The position numbers and the translations under genes are program-made. A stretch of DNA of 64,000 bases from an uncultured Candidatus Saccharibacteria bacterium. Its GTDB lineage: Bacteria > Patescibacteriota > Saccharimonadia > Saccharimonadales > JAGQNJ01. The notes under the pieces were generated by a model. The model was given only the letters and a program-made list of their open reading frames with translations, was not told the origin of the DNA and did not search any database. Shown piece by piece: positions 17,148 to 25,694 of the stretch (position 1 is the first letter of the stretch; each line of letters starts with the position of its first letter). The stretch covers positions 67,351 to 131,350 of the forward strand of contig CAZBPY010000002.1 of the NCBI GenBank assembly GCA_964493895.1, given 5' to 3'.

Positions 17148-17852
17148 TTATGGCATACTTCTTATGCTATGAGGCGAATAGCGTCTTATCAGTTGGCGTT
17201 GCTCTTTATAATTTGGGATGATTTCCGCCACCTCTGCCCAAAATGCTCGACTGTGATTTAGGTGATTGGTATGAGCCAGTTCATGGATCAATACGTAATC
17301 GATCAACGGCCATGGCAGTTGCGCCAAATATGAGTTGAGAATAATGTTTCTATGCTGGTCACAACTGCCCCAGCGGCTGCGCAGGCGCTTCACCTTAACT
17401 GACTTTATCGAAAAACCATGTTCAAAGGCCAAATCTTTCAGCCTTGGTACAACCAGTGATTGCGTTTCCTGCAACAAAGCCTTCTCGCAAGCCCTTCTGA
17501 TAATCCGCTGGGACTCGCTTGATGCGGCGTCCAACCCGGCCGGAAGGGTTATCCTGATTAGATTGTTCGTAACTCTGGTGGTTGGTCGAGTTGATTGACT
17601 ATAGACGATATGGACCCGGTGATTTTTACCAATAAATACGCTGTCGGATATCAGTTCTGTTGGCTCAATGTTGTTAAGTACCCAATCCTTTTTCGATAAC
17701 AAATACCTTTCTGCCACTATGTAGGGAATGCTCTGCGGTAGAGTAACCTTTGCCCGACTGCCCTGGATATGCAGTCGAATAGATCGGGTTCCTGAGCGTT
17801 TCTGGAAGATAACCGGCCCGATGCCGGCGACATTAACGATTTTTTGAGCCAT
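17148..17852 (-). CDS. YgjP/DUF45-type (M48-like) metal-dependent hydrolase
   Basis: 234-aa ORF with the HELAH zinc motif (LIHELAHTNHLNHSRAFW). Confidence 0.75.
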   Translation of the reverse strand: MAQKIVNVAGIGPVIFQKRSGTRSIRLHIQGSRAKVTLPQSIPYIVAERYLLSKKDWVLNNIEPTELISDSVFIGKNHRVHIVYSQSTRPTTRVTNNLIRITLPAGLDAASSESQRIIRRACEKALLQETQSLVVPRLKDLAFEHGFSIKSVKVKRLRSRWGSCDQHRNIILNSYLAQLPWPLIDYVLIHELAHTNHLNHSRAFWAEVAEIIPNYKEQRQLIRRYSPHSIRSMP

Positions 17853-17860
17853 GATAGGTT

Positions 17861-18511
17861 TTAACGGATCCTGATGCTGCGACGCTGGAGATCTCCTCGG
17901 CTAGGCACTAGATTAACCAGGCCGGGTTTGGTTACGTTAGCCGATGTTGATTCAGGACTGATCAGATTCAAATCGTACAAGCGGCGTACCAGACTACTGC
18001 GTTGCATTGGGAATGAGTGCTTTCCGGAAAGAACAATAAAATCTTCGGCTGACTTAGGGTTTTGCATTGAGGTTATGTAGGCATCGAATCCGCTGCGGTC
18101 AAAATCACGAGCATATTTGTCGTCAGCTCGACGCTTATCGCGTTTGGAGATTCTCGTAAAAGCTGTGTCGTGATCGACCTGAAACCACAATAGAATTGGT
18201 TTGGCATGGACCTTAGCGGCCAACTCCCGCAGACGACGGCGCTGTGAAGCTCGAGCAACGTTAACATCGTAGATAACACTTACGCCAGCATTTAGGAATT
18301 CCTCAATCATGTATTCGGTCAGATGGTCAACAACTTGGTTCTCCTCCTTGTCATAGCGAGGCTTTTCGAAAAGCTCGCCGCGAATCCGATCACTGCTGAT
18401 GTGAACAATATGTATCGAGTCAGTCAGTTGCCGAGCAAAAAACGTCTTACCGGCCCCTGGAAAGCCGTAACTCATAATCAAAACAGGTTTGCTAAGCTGA
18501 ATTTTGCCCAT
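17861..18511 (-). CDS. P-loop ATPase/kinase (AAA_33 / zeta-toxin-like fold)
   Basis: 216-aa ORF with Walker A GFPGAGKTF. A -10-like TATACAAT lies 8-10 nt upstream of the ATG with no SD. Confidence 0.7.
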   Translation of the reverse strand: MGKIQLSKPVLIMSYGFPGAGKTFFARQLTDSIHIVHISSDRIRGELFEKPRYDKEENQVVDHLTEYMIEEFLNAGVSVIYDVNVARASQRRRLRELAAKVHAKPILLWFQVDHDTAFTRISKRDKRRADDKYARDFDRSGFDAYITSMQNPKSAEDFIVLSGKHSFPMQRSSLVRRLYDLNLISPESTSANVTKPGLVNLVPSRGDLQRRSIRIR

Positions 18512-18631
18512 ATGTATATATTGTATAACATCAATTAACTTTAATAAAAAGCTTGCACGAAACCGGCGGCCAGTATAGATGTATACTCAGTGATGACAAC
18601 AGCGGTCAAATCGGTTATTATTAGCGGGCAT

Positions 18632-18707
18632 AGGGGAGTAGCTCAATTGGTAGAGTAGCGGTCTCCAAAACCGTTGGTTGCAGGTTCAAGTCCTGTCTCC
18701 CCTGCCA
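18632..18707 (+). tRNA. trnW: tRNA-Trp (anticodon CCA)
   Basis: Cloverleaf read by eye: acceptor AGGGGAG/CTCCCCT, anticodon loop CTCCAAA, T-loop GGTTCAAGTCC, encoded CCA end. Confidence 0.9.
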
Positions 18708-18721
18708 TATGACAATAGCGA

Positions 18722-18750
18722 ATCGACCTCTCAGAAGGTCGATCTTTAAT
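18722..18750. terminator. bidirectional hairpin terminator between tRNA-Trp and rpmG
   Basis: ATCGACCT-ctcaga-AGGTCGAT (8 bp) followed by CTTTAAT on the plus strand. Confidence 0.5.
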
Positions 18751-18760
18751 ATTGAGTTGG

Positions 18761-18964
18761 CTATTTCTTACGCGGTTTTACTTCGTTACGGCCCAGACTT
18801 TTCTTAGTCTCGACATATAAAGCATGTTTACGAGCAATCGGGTCATACTTCCGCACTGACAGTTTGTCAGGAGAGTTCATGGTGTTCTTCATGGTGTAGT
18901 AAGTCCGATGCCCAGATAGCTCTGACACTAAACCGACAATCTTGCGCTTGGTATTTTTAGCCAT
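18761..18964 (-). CDS. rpmG: 50S ribosomal protein L33 (Cys-free type, C-terminal extension)
   Basis: 67-aa ORF with an L33 core (SGHRTYYTMKNTMNSPDKLSVRKYDPIARKHALYVE). Confidence 0.85.
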   Translation of the reverse strand: MAKNTKRKIVGLVSELSGHRTYYTMKNTMNSPDKLSVRKYDPIARKHALYVETKKSLGRNEVKPRKK

Positions 18965-18991
18965 ATCCTAAAGATTTTAACAGATGTAGAT

Positions 18992-19234
18992 TTAATTTTC
19001 AACCTCGAGTCCCATGGTCTGCTCTGCCATAATGAGCACCTCTGAAAAGCCTTTTCCGCCAAATAGGGCTATAGCCCCAGTCCACTCCAGCATATGTCCA
19101 TTTCTGATGAATCCTTCTGCTCCGGTGCTAACACCAATAACCTCGCAAACTGCCCCGCCAAGAGCAATAGCCGACGAGGCAATAAATAGACTGGTGTTAA
19201 ACCGTTGTTCAATTTGTTCAGGAGTTTGTTTCAT
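18992..19234 (-). CDS. small Gly/Ala-rich membrane protein (P80)
   Basis: The ORF-track start (19291) overlaps tRNA-Thr, so it is trimmed to ATG 19234. There is no SD. Confidence 0.4.
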   Translation of the reverse strand: MKQTPEQIEQRFNTSLFIASSAIALGGAVCEVIGVSTGAEGFIRNGHMLEWTGAIALFGGKGFSEVLIMAEQTMGLEVEN

Positions 19235-19246
19235 AAGACAATTAAG

Positions 19247-19321
19247 TGGAGCCGACGACGAGGATTGAACTCGTGACCTCATCCTTACCATGGATGCGCT
19301 CTACCACTGAGCTACGTCGGC
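19247..19321 (-). tRNA. trnT: tRNA-Thr (anticodon GGT)
   Basis: The reverse complement is GCCGACGTAGCTCAGTGGTAGAGCGCATCCATGGTAAGGATGAGGTCACGAGTTCAATCCTCGTCGTCGGCTCCA, with anticodon loop ATGGTAA. Confidence 0.9.
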
Positions 19322-19428
19322 CCGACAGATGTTGATTTTACCAAATATTGGCCACTTATGGAATCGTCGGTGCCAAGTTTGTAATATAACGTACTGTAAT
19401 TAGGCTAAATGTAGGCTACTCTGCCACG

Positions 19429-20517
19429 GTGAACAAAATTAGTTTGCCAGTGAGTATTTTACTGATCGCTATTGTAATTGGAGCCATTGTTTTCGGCTAT
19501 ACTCAGAGGTCACGAACGCCGAATTTACCCGATCCGCCGCTGAAAGAGCTGGCAGATAAACACAACGTCGAGCTGGGCAATTTCGCAATTCTAAATCGCT
19601 TGGATGAGCAGCCTTATCGCGACATTTTGACCAGCGAGTTTGATTTTGTTTTGGCTGATAACACCCCTAATTGGCATTTCACCGACGGCGGTCTGCGCCC
19701 CAGCAAAGACGAGTTCAACTTCAAGCAAATGGATGAAGTCATGCGTTTTGCTCAAGAGAACAATATGCCGGTACAGGCTCATCATTACTTGTGGGGTGAA
19801 GAAAAGTGGCTGCCGGATTGGCTCAAAGAAGGTAATTTTTCTCCGGAGGAGCTCAACAAATTGATAGAGACGCACATCAAAACAGTTGGCAGCCGCTATC
19901 GGGGTCAAATTCGTGAATGGACCGTTGTCAACGAAGCCTTTAGCCGCAATTCTCACATCTATGGTTTGCGTGACTGGTGGGCCGACAACACCGGCGGGCT
20001 TGATTACATTGATCAAGCATTCCGATGGGCTCGTGAGGCTGACCCCGACTCTAAGCTAATTCTGAACGATTTTCTCAATGAAAGCCGCAACGACATCTCT
20101 GATGCTATGTATGAATATCTAAAAAGCGCCTTGGCCCGCGGCGTGCCAATCGATGGAATTGGTATGCAAATGCATATTGATGGCACACATCCGCCTACGA
20201 AAGACGAGGTCGTTTCTAATATGAAGCGCTTTGAAGAGCTAGGCCTTGACGTGTATGTGACTGAGTTTGACGTCAACATGAACGATCTGCAGGCCAGCAG
20301 CAGTAATAAGAACCAGGTTCAGGCCCGGATCTATAACGAGATGTTATCGGCTTGTCTGGAGGTTGATGCCTGTAAAAGTTTTGCTCTACTTGGCATAACC
20401 GATAAGGAAACCTGGTATAACTATGTTGGCCTGGAAGATCCTAGGCCGCTGCCGTTCGATGATAAATACCGTCCTAAGCCAGCTTATTTTTCGATGCGCG
20501 AAGCTCTGCAGCGATAA
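19429..20517 (+). CDS. glycoside hydrolase family 10 endo-1,4-beta-xylanase with N-terminal TM/signal anchor
   Basis: 362-aa ORF with a GTG start and the GH10 motifs WTVVNEA (acid/base Glu), GIGMQMH and VYVTEFD (nucleophile Glu). Confidence 0.85.
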   Translation: MNKISLPVSILLIAIVIGAIVFGYTQRSRTPNLPDPPLKELADKHNVELGNFAILNRLDEQPYRDILTSEFDFVLADNTPNWHFTDGGLRPSKDEFNFKQMDEVMRFAQENNMPVQAHHYLWGEEKWLPDWLKEGNFSPEELNKLIETHIKTVGSRYRGQIREWTVVNEAFSRNSHIYGLRDWWADNTGGLDYIDQAFRWAREADPDSKLILNDFLNESRNDISDAMYEYLKSALARGVPIDGIGMQMHIDGTHPPTKDEVVSNMKRFEELGLDVYVTEFDVNMNDLQASSSNKNQVQARIYNEMLSACLEVDACKSFALLGITDKETWYNYVGLEDPRPLPFDDKYRPKPAYFSMREALQR

Positions 20518-20551
20518 TGGTGCAGCCTTAAGGCTTCAGAAAGAGCCTGCT

Positions 20552-20932
20552 TTATTGCTCAACAGTATAGTTAAGGCTTATGAATTCATCTACGGCACAA
20601 TTAATTGGAGCACAGAAGGTTTGCAAGCCGGCATCACCTGAGACTGTGTCCGGTCCAATGCATTGCCTGGCATTGGCTTCAAAGCTAGATGTAATAACCT
20701 CAGCATCTTGCTCGGCAGATGCTCTATCCAGATTTGCAATCTGCACATTAGCAATCACCACTTTGCCAACAAAGAAAAGGCAGTTATCTACAGTAAATTC
20801 CTCTCTGTCATCAATCAATCTGCCACGAAATGACGAACCCCGCAATCGAGCTAAAAAAATTTCGCCTCTTCTTGCAGGACATGCCTGGCATAGCGTGACC
20901 TCAATACTCTTCTGATAATCTTTGTAACTCAT
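20552..20932 (-). CDS. hypothetical Cys-motif protein (P126), paralogue of ORF 46082..46465
   Basis: 126-aa ORF that shares the ordered motifs CxxCP, DNxLFFVG, CxGP and C with P127. Confidence 0.65.
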   Translation of the reverse strand: MSYKDYQKSIEVTLCQACPARRGEIFLARLRGSSFRGRLIDDREEFTVDNCLFFVGKVVIANVQIANLDRASAEQDAEVITSSFEANARQCIGPDTVSGDAGLQTFCAPINCAVDEFISLNYTVEQ

Positions 20933-20949
20933 GATGTCTATCCTAGCTA

Positions 20950-21035
20950 TGGTGCAGGGGGAGGGATTCGAACCCCCGAAGGCATAAGCCAGCAGATTTA
21001 CAGTCTGCCGTGTTTGACCGCTTCACTACCCCTGC
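20950..21035 (-). tRNA. trnY: tRNA-Tyr (anticodon GTA), long variable arm
   Basis: The reverse complement is GCAGGGGTAGTGAAGCGGTCAAACACGGCAGACTGTAAATCTGCTGGCTTATGCCTTCGGGGGTTCGAATCCCTCCCCCTGCACCA. Confidence 0.9.
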
Positions 21036-21145
21036 GCAGACGACTCCAGTTCAGAGTCGTGCAACACCTCCCTGACTGTTCCCCATGAACAAAGTCGTTC
21101 GGGAGTTAGATATCTCTCGCAGTGATATCTATCCAAATTTTTAAA

Positions 21146-21222
21146 TGGAGCCGCCTGTCGGATTCGAACCGACGACCTACGGTTTACAAAACCGTCGCTC
21201 TAACCAACTGAGCTAAGGCGGC
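21146..21222 (-). tRNA. trnT: tRNA-Thr (anticodon TGT)
   Basis: The reverse complement is GCCGCCTTAGCTCAGTTGGTTAGAGCGACGGTTTTGTAAACCGTAGGTCGTCGGTTCGAATCCGACAGGCGGCTCCA. Confidence 0.9.
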
Positions 21223-21255
21223 CTGAATGACTGCTAAAGTGTACCAAAACAGAGG

Positions 21256-21912
21256 TTAAATGACAACACGGCGTTTCGGACGCAAAACCCGCTTTGAACG
21301 TGATTTATTTGGTGACAACTTGTTGAGGCGCTTTTCTACCTCATTAGCCTGGTCCTCCATGTCACGCGTCTCATAAGCCCGCATCAACAGCGTCAGCGAT
21401 TCCCTGTTCGGCTCTAGATCAACGGCCTTTTCTAGCTCGTTGAACATCAACTTGTCATTGCCCAACTTCTCTTGGACTTTAGCATATGCAATGTGCCGAG
21501 CTGCCAGATCATCTTCTAACTTCAACGCCTGTTCAAAGGCCGTGGCCGCCTTATCATAGTTCTCTGTTTCGTAATAAATCAGCCCGAGGTTATGCAAACT
21601 TGAAGCGCTGTTCTCAATGCTCGAAGCAATTTCAAAACAGTCAATGGCATCCTTGTACTCCTTTTGTTTGGCATACAGAATACCTAGGCGGTTGTAGGCG
21701 GCGGCATTACGCTTGTCAATCTTAAGAATTGTCAGCAAAGCCTTCTCGGCTCGAACCAGACGGTTATCTTTCATCCCCTGATGGGCAATTTTCCATAATT
21801 GACCGAGTTTATCGCTGATTTTTCGCGGCAATGGCGATAGATCTTCGTCACGAATGGTAGCGCTACGATAGGCCAGGATACCGAAACCGAATACAAGTAC
21901 TAAAGCTAGCAT
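21256..21912 (-). CDS. membrane-anchored TPR-repeat protein
   Basis: 218-aa ORF with an N-terminal TM followed by several 34-aa TPR-like units (AYNRLGILYAKQKEYKDAIDCFEIA...). Confidence 0.75.
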   Translation of the reverse strand: MLALVLVFGFGILAYRSATIRDEDLSPLPRKISDKLGQLWKIAHQGMKDNRLVRAEKALLTILKIDKRNAAAYNRLGILYAKQKEYKDAIDCFEIASSIENSASSLHNLGLIYYETENYDKAATAFEQALKLEDDLAARHIAYAKVQEKLGNDKLMFNELEKAVDLEPNRESLTLLMRAYETRDMEDQANEVEKRLNKLSPNKSRSKRVLRPKRRVVI

Positions 21913-21929
21913 TCTAAATGACCATTATA

Positions 21930-22790
21930 TCAAAGTTGCAAGAATAAGTCTGTTAGGACCAGTTTTGGACTAGCATTAGCTTTTAGAGCTTTCTGAGCCT
22001 GACTATTGCTGCGATTCACTTTCTGCCACTGTTTGGCTGACTTTGTGTTGCCAGCTTTTACGGCTGCTTTCAATGAGGCATGCGACACCAAAGCCAAAGC
22101 ATCTAGTAACCTACTCACCATTTCCTTGTTCTTTAACAGTTCATTAACTTTTAATAATCGCTTGTAGGGGTCCTGTTGGAGCAGTTCCTTAGCCTGATCG
22201 ATGGCCGCCAGCAGCGGATGGCTTTCGTCAGTCATTAAAGCCTGCAACAGACCGACTCGCCCGCCGGAAATCATAAAATTTCGCTTAAATTCTGGGCTGT
22301 TGCCAAAGTGAGCAGCCGCCGTGGTTTCAGACACCGGCAAAACTGGTAATGTCTGGGCTCTGGACACCACTGTTGGTAATAGCTGAGATGGATGTTCTGC
22401 GCATAGAATGAATATAGTGTCCGCCGGCGGCTCTTCCAGTGATTTAAGCAATGCATTTTGAGCCTCTGGTGTCAGCCGAGCCGCCTCTGTAATCATCACT
22501 AGCCTGCGCACTGCAGCTTGTCCCGGAACTACCCTAGATAGTTGTGACTGTACTTGGCGAACCTGATCTATTGAAATTGAATCTTTGCCCTCTTCCGGTT
22601 TGACAACAATCAGGTATGGGTAAGACTTTAGGCTTGCTTCGCTAACTTTTAGGATTCTCCCGGCAATATTCAGTGCTAAAAACTGCTTGCCGCTGCCAGA
22701 TGGGCCGTGAATCAGCAGTCCTGAACTGGGCGTGGCGACAACGTTGTCAACGGCTTTGGCGGTTTGTTCAGCCAACAAAAGTTTATCCAT
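21930..22790 (-). CDS. holB: DNA polymerase III subunit delta-prime
   Basis: Clamp-loader-like (HGPSGSGK, LLKSLEEPP, SRAQT). The start is moved to ATG 22790, giving an 8-nt overlap with rluD instead of 47 nt. Confidence 0.75.
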   Translation of the reverse strand: MDKLLLAEQTAKAVDNVVATPSSGLLIHGPSGSGKQFLALNIAGRILKVSEASLKSYPYLIVVKPEEGKDSISIDQVRQVQSQLSRVVPGQAAVRRLVMITEAARLTPEAQNALLKSLEEPPADTIFILCAEHPSQLLPTVVSRAQTLPVLPVSETTAAAHFGNSPEFKRNFMISGGRVGLLQALMTDESHPLLAAIDQAKELLQQDPYKRLLKVNELLKNKEMVSRLLDALALVSHASLKAAVKAGNTKSAKQWQKVNRSNSQAQKALKANASPKLVLTDLFLQL

Positions 22791-23646
22791 TGACGACCTC
22801 CTGAAACACCGGTGGTACTGGTGATTCAAAGATCTGCTGTTTTTTGTTTGGCAATCTAATTTTCAGTTGCCAGGCGTGCAACATTAGGCGATCAGCCGGC
22901 GGGCCGCCATAAAACGGATCGCCGACAATTGGGTGCCCCAGGTGCTTTAAATGCACACGCAGCTGATGAGTACGGCCAGTCATCGGCAACAACTTGACAA
23001 GTGAATAGCCGTTACCGGTTCCAATTGTCTGATACTCGGTAATAGCCGCCCTGCCCTTAGAAGACACAGTAAATGTCTTAGGATTCCTGGGGCTACGGGC
23101 AATTGGGGCCTCAATGACCGCCTCTGGTGGGCTGAGAGATCCCCCTACAACCGCTACATACTCTTTGTGAACCTTTCGGCTGCTGAACTGTTTTTGCAGC
23201 CAGCTCAGTGCCTCGGAGGTTTTGGCGCAGATAATAACACCTGATGTTCCTCGGTCCAGTCGATGGACAATTCCGGCCCGCTCTCCCTCCAAATCAACTA
23301 ATTTAGGCCGGATAAAGCTGGCTATCGTTGCCTCTGGGTTGAAGCCGCCTTTGGAGTGAGTCAAAACTCCGGTAGGCTTGTCAACTACAATACAGTCATC
23401 ATCTTCATATAAGATTGGTAAGTCAATATCCGGGATATCATCTAGATCGGCCGGGTCAAACTCGACGCTGACTTTATCGTTGGCTTTAACTTTGTACTTG
23501 TTTGGCTGGCTATAGCCATTGACTTTAACCTTCTCATCAGTACACAATTTTTGAATCGGACTGCGGCTCAGTTCAGTAATTTTGCCGGCTAAATACTGAT
23601 CCAAACGCGCCCCAGCCTCATCTGTTGCAACAGTGAAAGTTTGCAT
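22783..23646 (-). CDS. rluD: RluA/RluD-family 23S rRNA pseudouridine synthase
   Basis: 287-aa ORF with an N-terminal S4 domain and the catalytic motif HRLDRGTSGV. Confidence 0.85.
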   Translation of the reverse strand: MQTFTVATDEAGARLDQYLAGKITELSRSPIQKLCTDEKVKVNGYSQPNKYKVKANDKVSVEFDPADLDDIPDIDLPILYEDDDCIVVDKPTGVLTHSKGGFNPEATIASFIRPKLVDLEGERAGIVHRLDRGTSGVIICAKTSEALSWLQKQFSSRKVHKEYVAVVGGSLSPPEAVIEAPIARSPRNPKTFTVSSKGRAAITEYQTIGTGNGYSLVKLLPMTGRTHQLRVHLKHLGHPIVGDPFYGGPPADRLMLHAWQLKIRLPNKKQQIFESPVPPVFQEVVNG

Positions 23647-23651
23647 AAGGA

Positions 23652-24680
23652 CTACTTTCTTAGGCCGACGGCTGTTTGGACCCGCCTGAGGGTTTTATCA
23701 GCAACTTCATTCATCGACGACTCAGATTGCTTTAATTTTTGCCGAAGCTTGGCTTCATCAACTTTGGCTAATCGACTTTGAAAGTCATTTAAGAAGTTTT
23801 TAACAACCTCGGCCACCTCTTGTTTGAAGGGCCCATATTGGGTTTGACCCTGGTATTTTTGTTTGACAGCTCCTAGATCTTCGTCTGACAAAGCAGCATA
23901 AATATCCATCAGATTGCTAATTCCAGGTTGTTTTACATGATCATAATTGATTTTTCCAAGACTATCAGTTGTGGCTGCCATAATTTTCTTGGCCGCTACA
24001 TCGGGCTCATCACCAAGGAAAATTACGCCTTTACCAGAGGCGTCTGATTTGCTCATCTTTTTGGTTGGCTCTAACAAATCTTTAATTCTTATTCGCTGTT
24101 GTTGAGCAGTGAAGGCGATTTGTTCTTTCTCGGCCTCTGGCGGGCTCAGCAAGTTCTCACCAAACTTATTATTTAGCCGAATGGCAATGTCACGAGCCAG
24201 TTCGACATGTTGGGTCTGATCAGCACCTACCGGCACATATTTAGCTCCGTAAAGCAAGATGTCAGCCGCCATAAGCACCGGATAATCAAACAGTCCAACT
24301 GAGACCGATTCTTGCTGATCAGCCTTCTCTTTAAACTGGGTCTGACGCGACAATTCTCCCATATAGGTAAAGCAGTTTAGAATCACTGTCAGCTCGCTAT
24401 GGGCTGGAATTCGGCTCTGACGATAAATGTAGGTGCTGTTATCATCAAGATCTAAGCCAGGTGCCACAAACAGCTTTAAATTATGCATGATCTGGTCATG
24501 CAACTTGCTGTGATCAACCGGTGTTGTAAAGCTATGCAAATCTGGCACAAACAAATTAATCTGATACTGACCAGCGTATTGTCGCTGCAGCTGAACAATT
24601 GGCAGCAAAGCCCCTAGGTAATTACCGAGATGCAAATCATTGTTGGCTCTCAAGCCAGTTAAAATCACCGGTTGGCTCAT
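23652..24680 (-). CDS. trpS: tryptophan--tRNA ligase
   Basis: HIGH-type HLGNYLG and KMSKS motifs. ATG 24680 is preferred because GAGGAG lies 5 nt upstream; the ORF-track start is 24692. Confidence 0.92.
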   Translation of the reverse strand: MSQPVILTGLRANNDLHLGNYLGALLPIVQLQRQYAGQYQINLFVPDLHSFTTPVDHSKLHDQIMHNLKLFVAPGLDLDDNSTYIYRQSRIPAHSELTVILNCFTYMGELSRQTQFKEKADQQESVSVGLFDYPVLMAADILLYGAKYVPVGADQTQHVELARDIAIRLNNKFGENLLSPPEAEKEQIAFTAQQQRIRIKDLLEPTKKMSKSDASGKGVIFLGDEPDVAAKKIMAATTDSLGKINYDHVKQPGISNLMDIYAALSDEDLGAVKQKYQGQTQYGPFKQEVAEVVKNFLNDFQSRLAKVDEAKLRQKLKQSESSMNEVADKTLRRVQTAVGLRK

Positions 24681-24698
24681 ATTACTCCTCATTATATC

Positions 24699-25559
24699 TC
24701 ATTGAGCCTGTGCCTCATACGGTATCTGTCCGGCTGGGTATGAACCTAATATCTGCACCTTGCATCCAGTGGCTTTAATTTTGTCTAAAACCTGTTTGGT
24801 TCTATCCTCAGACAAGCCAGCATGAAACTCGACAAAGAATTCATTATGAAAAGGGCTGTTTGGAATAATGGCAGATTGTAAATCAGTCAAAGTAATTCTA
24901 GCTTCTTTAAACGGAGTTAGTATGTCCACTAAAGCGCCAGCCTTCTCCCCAGTAGTCATAACCACTGAGGTTTTATTAGCCTCTGAGATAACCGGTACTT
25001 CACCGTTCCGCAGCTTGACTTCTACAAAACGAGTAATATTATTCTGGTCATCCTGGATTGACTGTGCTAATGGCTCTAATCCGTACAGTTGACCAGCTCG
25101 CTCACTGGCAATCGCTACCATACGAGGATCAGCAGTTTCAGCAACTAGCTTGGCACTGCCAGCAGTGTCATGCTCAATTATTGGATGAGCCTGCGGCAAT
25201 TGTGTTTCCAAAAATACAGTACACTGATCAAGCGCTTCTGACTGCGAATGCACCTCTGTTATATCAGTTAGCTTGGCATTGGGAAGCCCGAGTAGGGCAT
25301 GGTTGACTGGCAAATAAGCCTCGCCTACAATTGTCAAATTGCTGCCGCTTGATCTGATCGGATCATAGACCGGCCCGATAAAACCGATGCGGTTATTGGC
25401 TATAGCCATGATGGCTGATTCAATTTCTTCATTGTGCAGAGCTTTTAAAGTATCTGAAAATGTCTCGTAATAATGCAGATTGGCATTAGGGTGCACAGAC
25501 AGCGCTACCTCTTCAGTATAGGAACCGGGCTGACCCTGTATTCCAATGATAGTTGACAT
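24699..25559 (-). CDS. pheA: prephenate dehydratase (PDT + ACT domains)
   Basis: 286-aa ORF with GQPGSYTEE, NITRF and a C-terminal ACT-like domain. Confidence 0.82.
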   Translation of the reverse strand: MSTIIGIQGQPGSYTEEVALSVHPNANLHYYETFSDTLKALHNEEIESAIMAIANNRIGFIGPVYDPIRSSGSNLTIVGEAYLPVNHALLGLPNAKLTDITEVHSQSEALDQCTVFLETQLPQAHPIIEHDTAGSAKLVAETADPRMVAIASERAGQLYGLEPLAQSIQDDQNNITRFVEVKLRNGEVPVISEANKTSVVMTTGEKAGALVDILTPFKEARITLTDLQSAIIPNSPFHNEFFVEFHAGLSEDRTKQVLDKIKATGCKVQILGSYPAGQIPYEAQAQ

Positions 25560-25580
25560 ATTTATCCTTTCTAGGCATTT

Positions 25581-25603
25581 AAAAAACCGCCTGGTGGCGG
25601 TTT
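25581..25603 (-). terminator. rho-independent terminator/attenuator 22 nt upstream of pheA
   Basis: Minus strand reads AAACCGCC-acca-GGCGGTTT followed by further Ts (6 T in total). Confidence 0.65.
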
Positions 25604-25634
25604 CTTCTCTTAATCAATATTAATTAGTCCGCCA

Positions 25635-25685
25635 CTAGTTGGTGCCGGTAAACCAAAAGGCTGAGTTTTGGTTTAATCTAATCAT
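25635..25685 (-). CDS. 16-aa leader peptide MIRLNQNSAFWFTGTN (Phe-Trp-Phe regulatory codons)
   Basis: The ATG lies 9 nt after the -10. The codons TTT TGG TTT form the 3' arm of a 9-bp hairpin, and the TAG stop abuts the antiterminator arm GTGGCGG. Confidence 0.45.
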   Translation of the reverse strand: MIRLNQNSAFWFTGTN

Positions 25686-25694
25686 AACTTTAAG

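Noticed and set aside
19235-19291. N-terminal 19 codons of the 99-aa ORF
   Set aside because: They overlap tRNA-Thr(GGU), so the ORF was trimmed to ATG 19234. Even the trimmed ORF is low confidence.
21036-21145. 110-nt spacer between tRNA-Thr(UGU) and tRNA-Tyr with hairpins (ACGACTC-N7-GAGTCGT; paired GATATC sites) and a 12-codon TTG ORF
   Set aside because: It is most simply a tRNA precursor spacer or processing structure, and the mini-ORF overlaps the tRNA. There is no evidence for an ncRNA.
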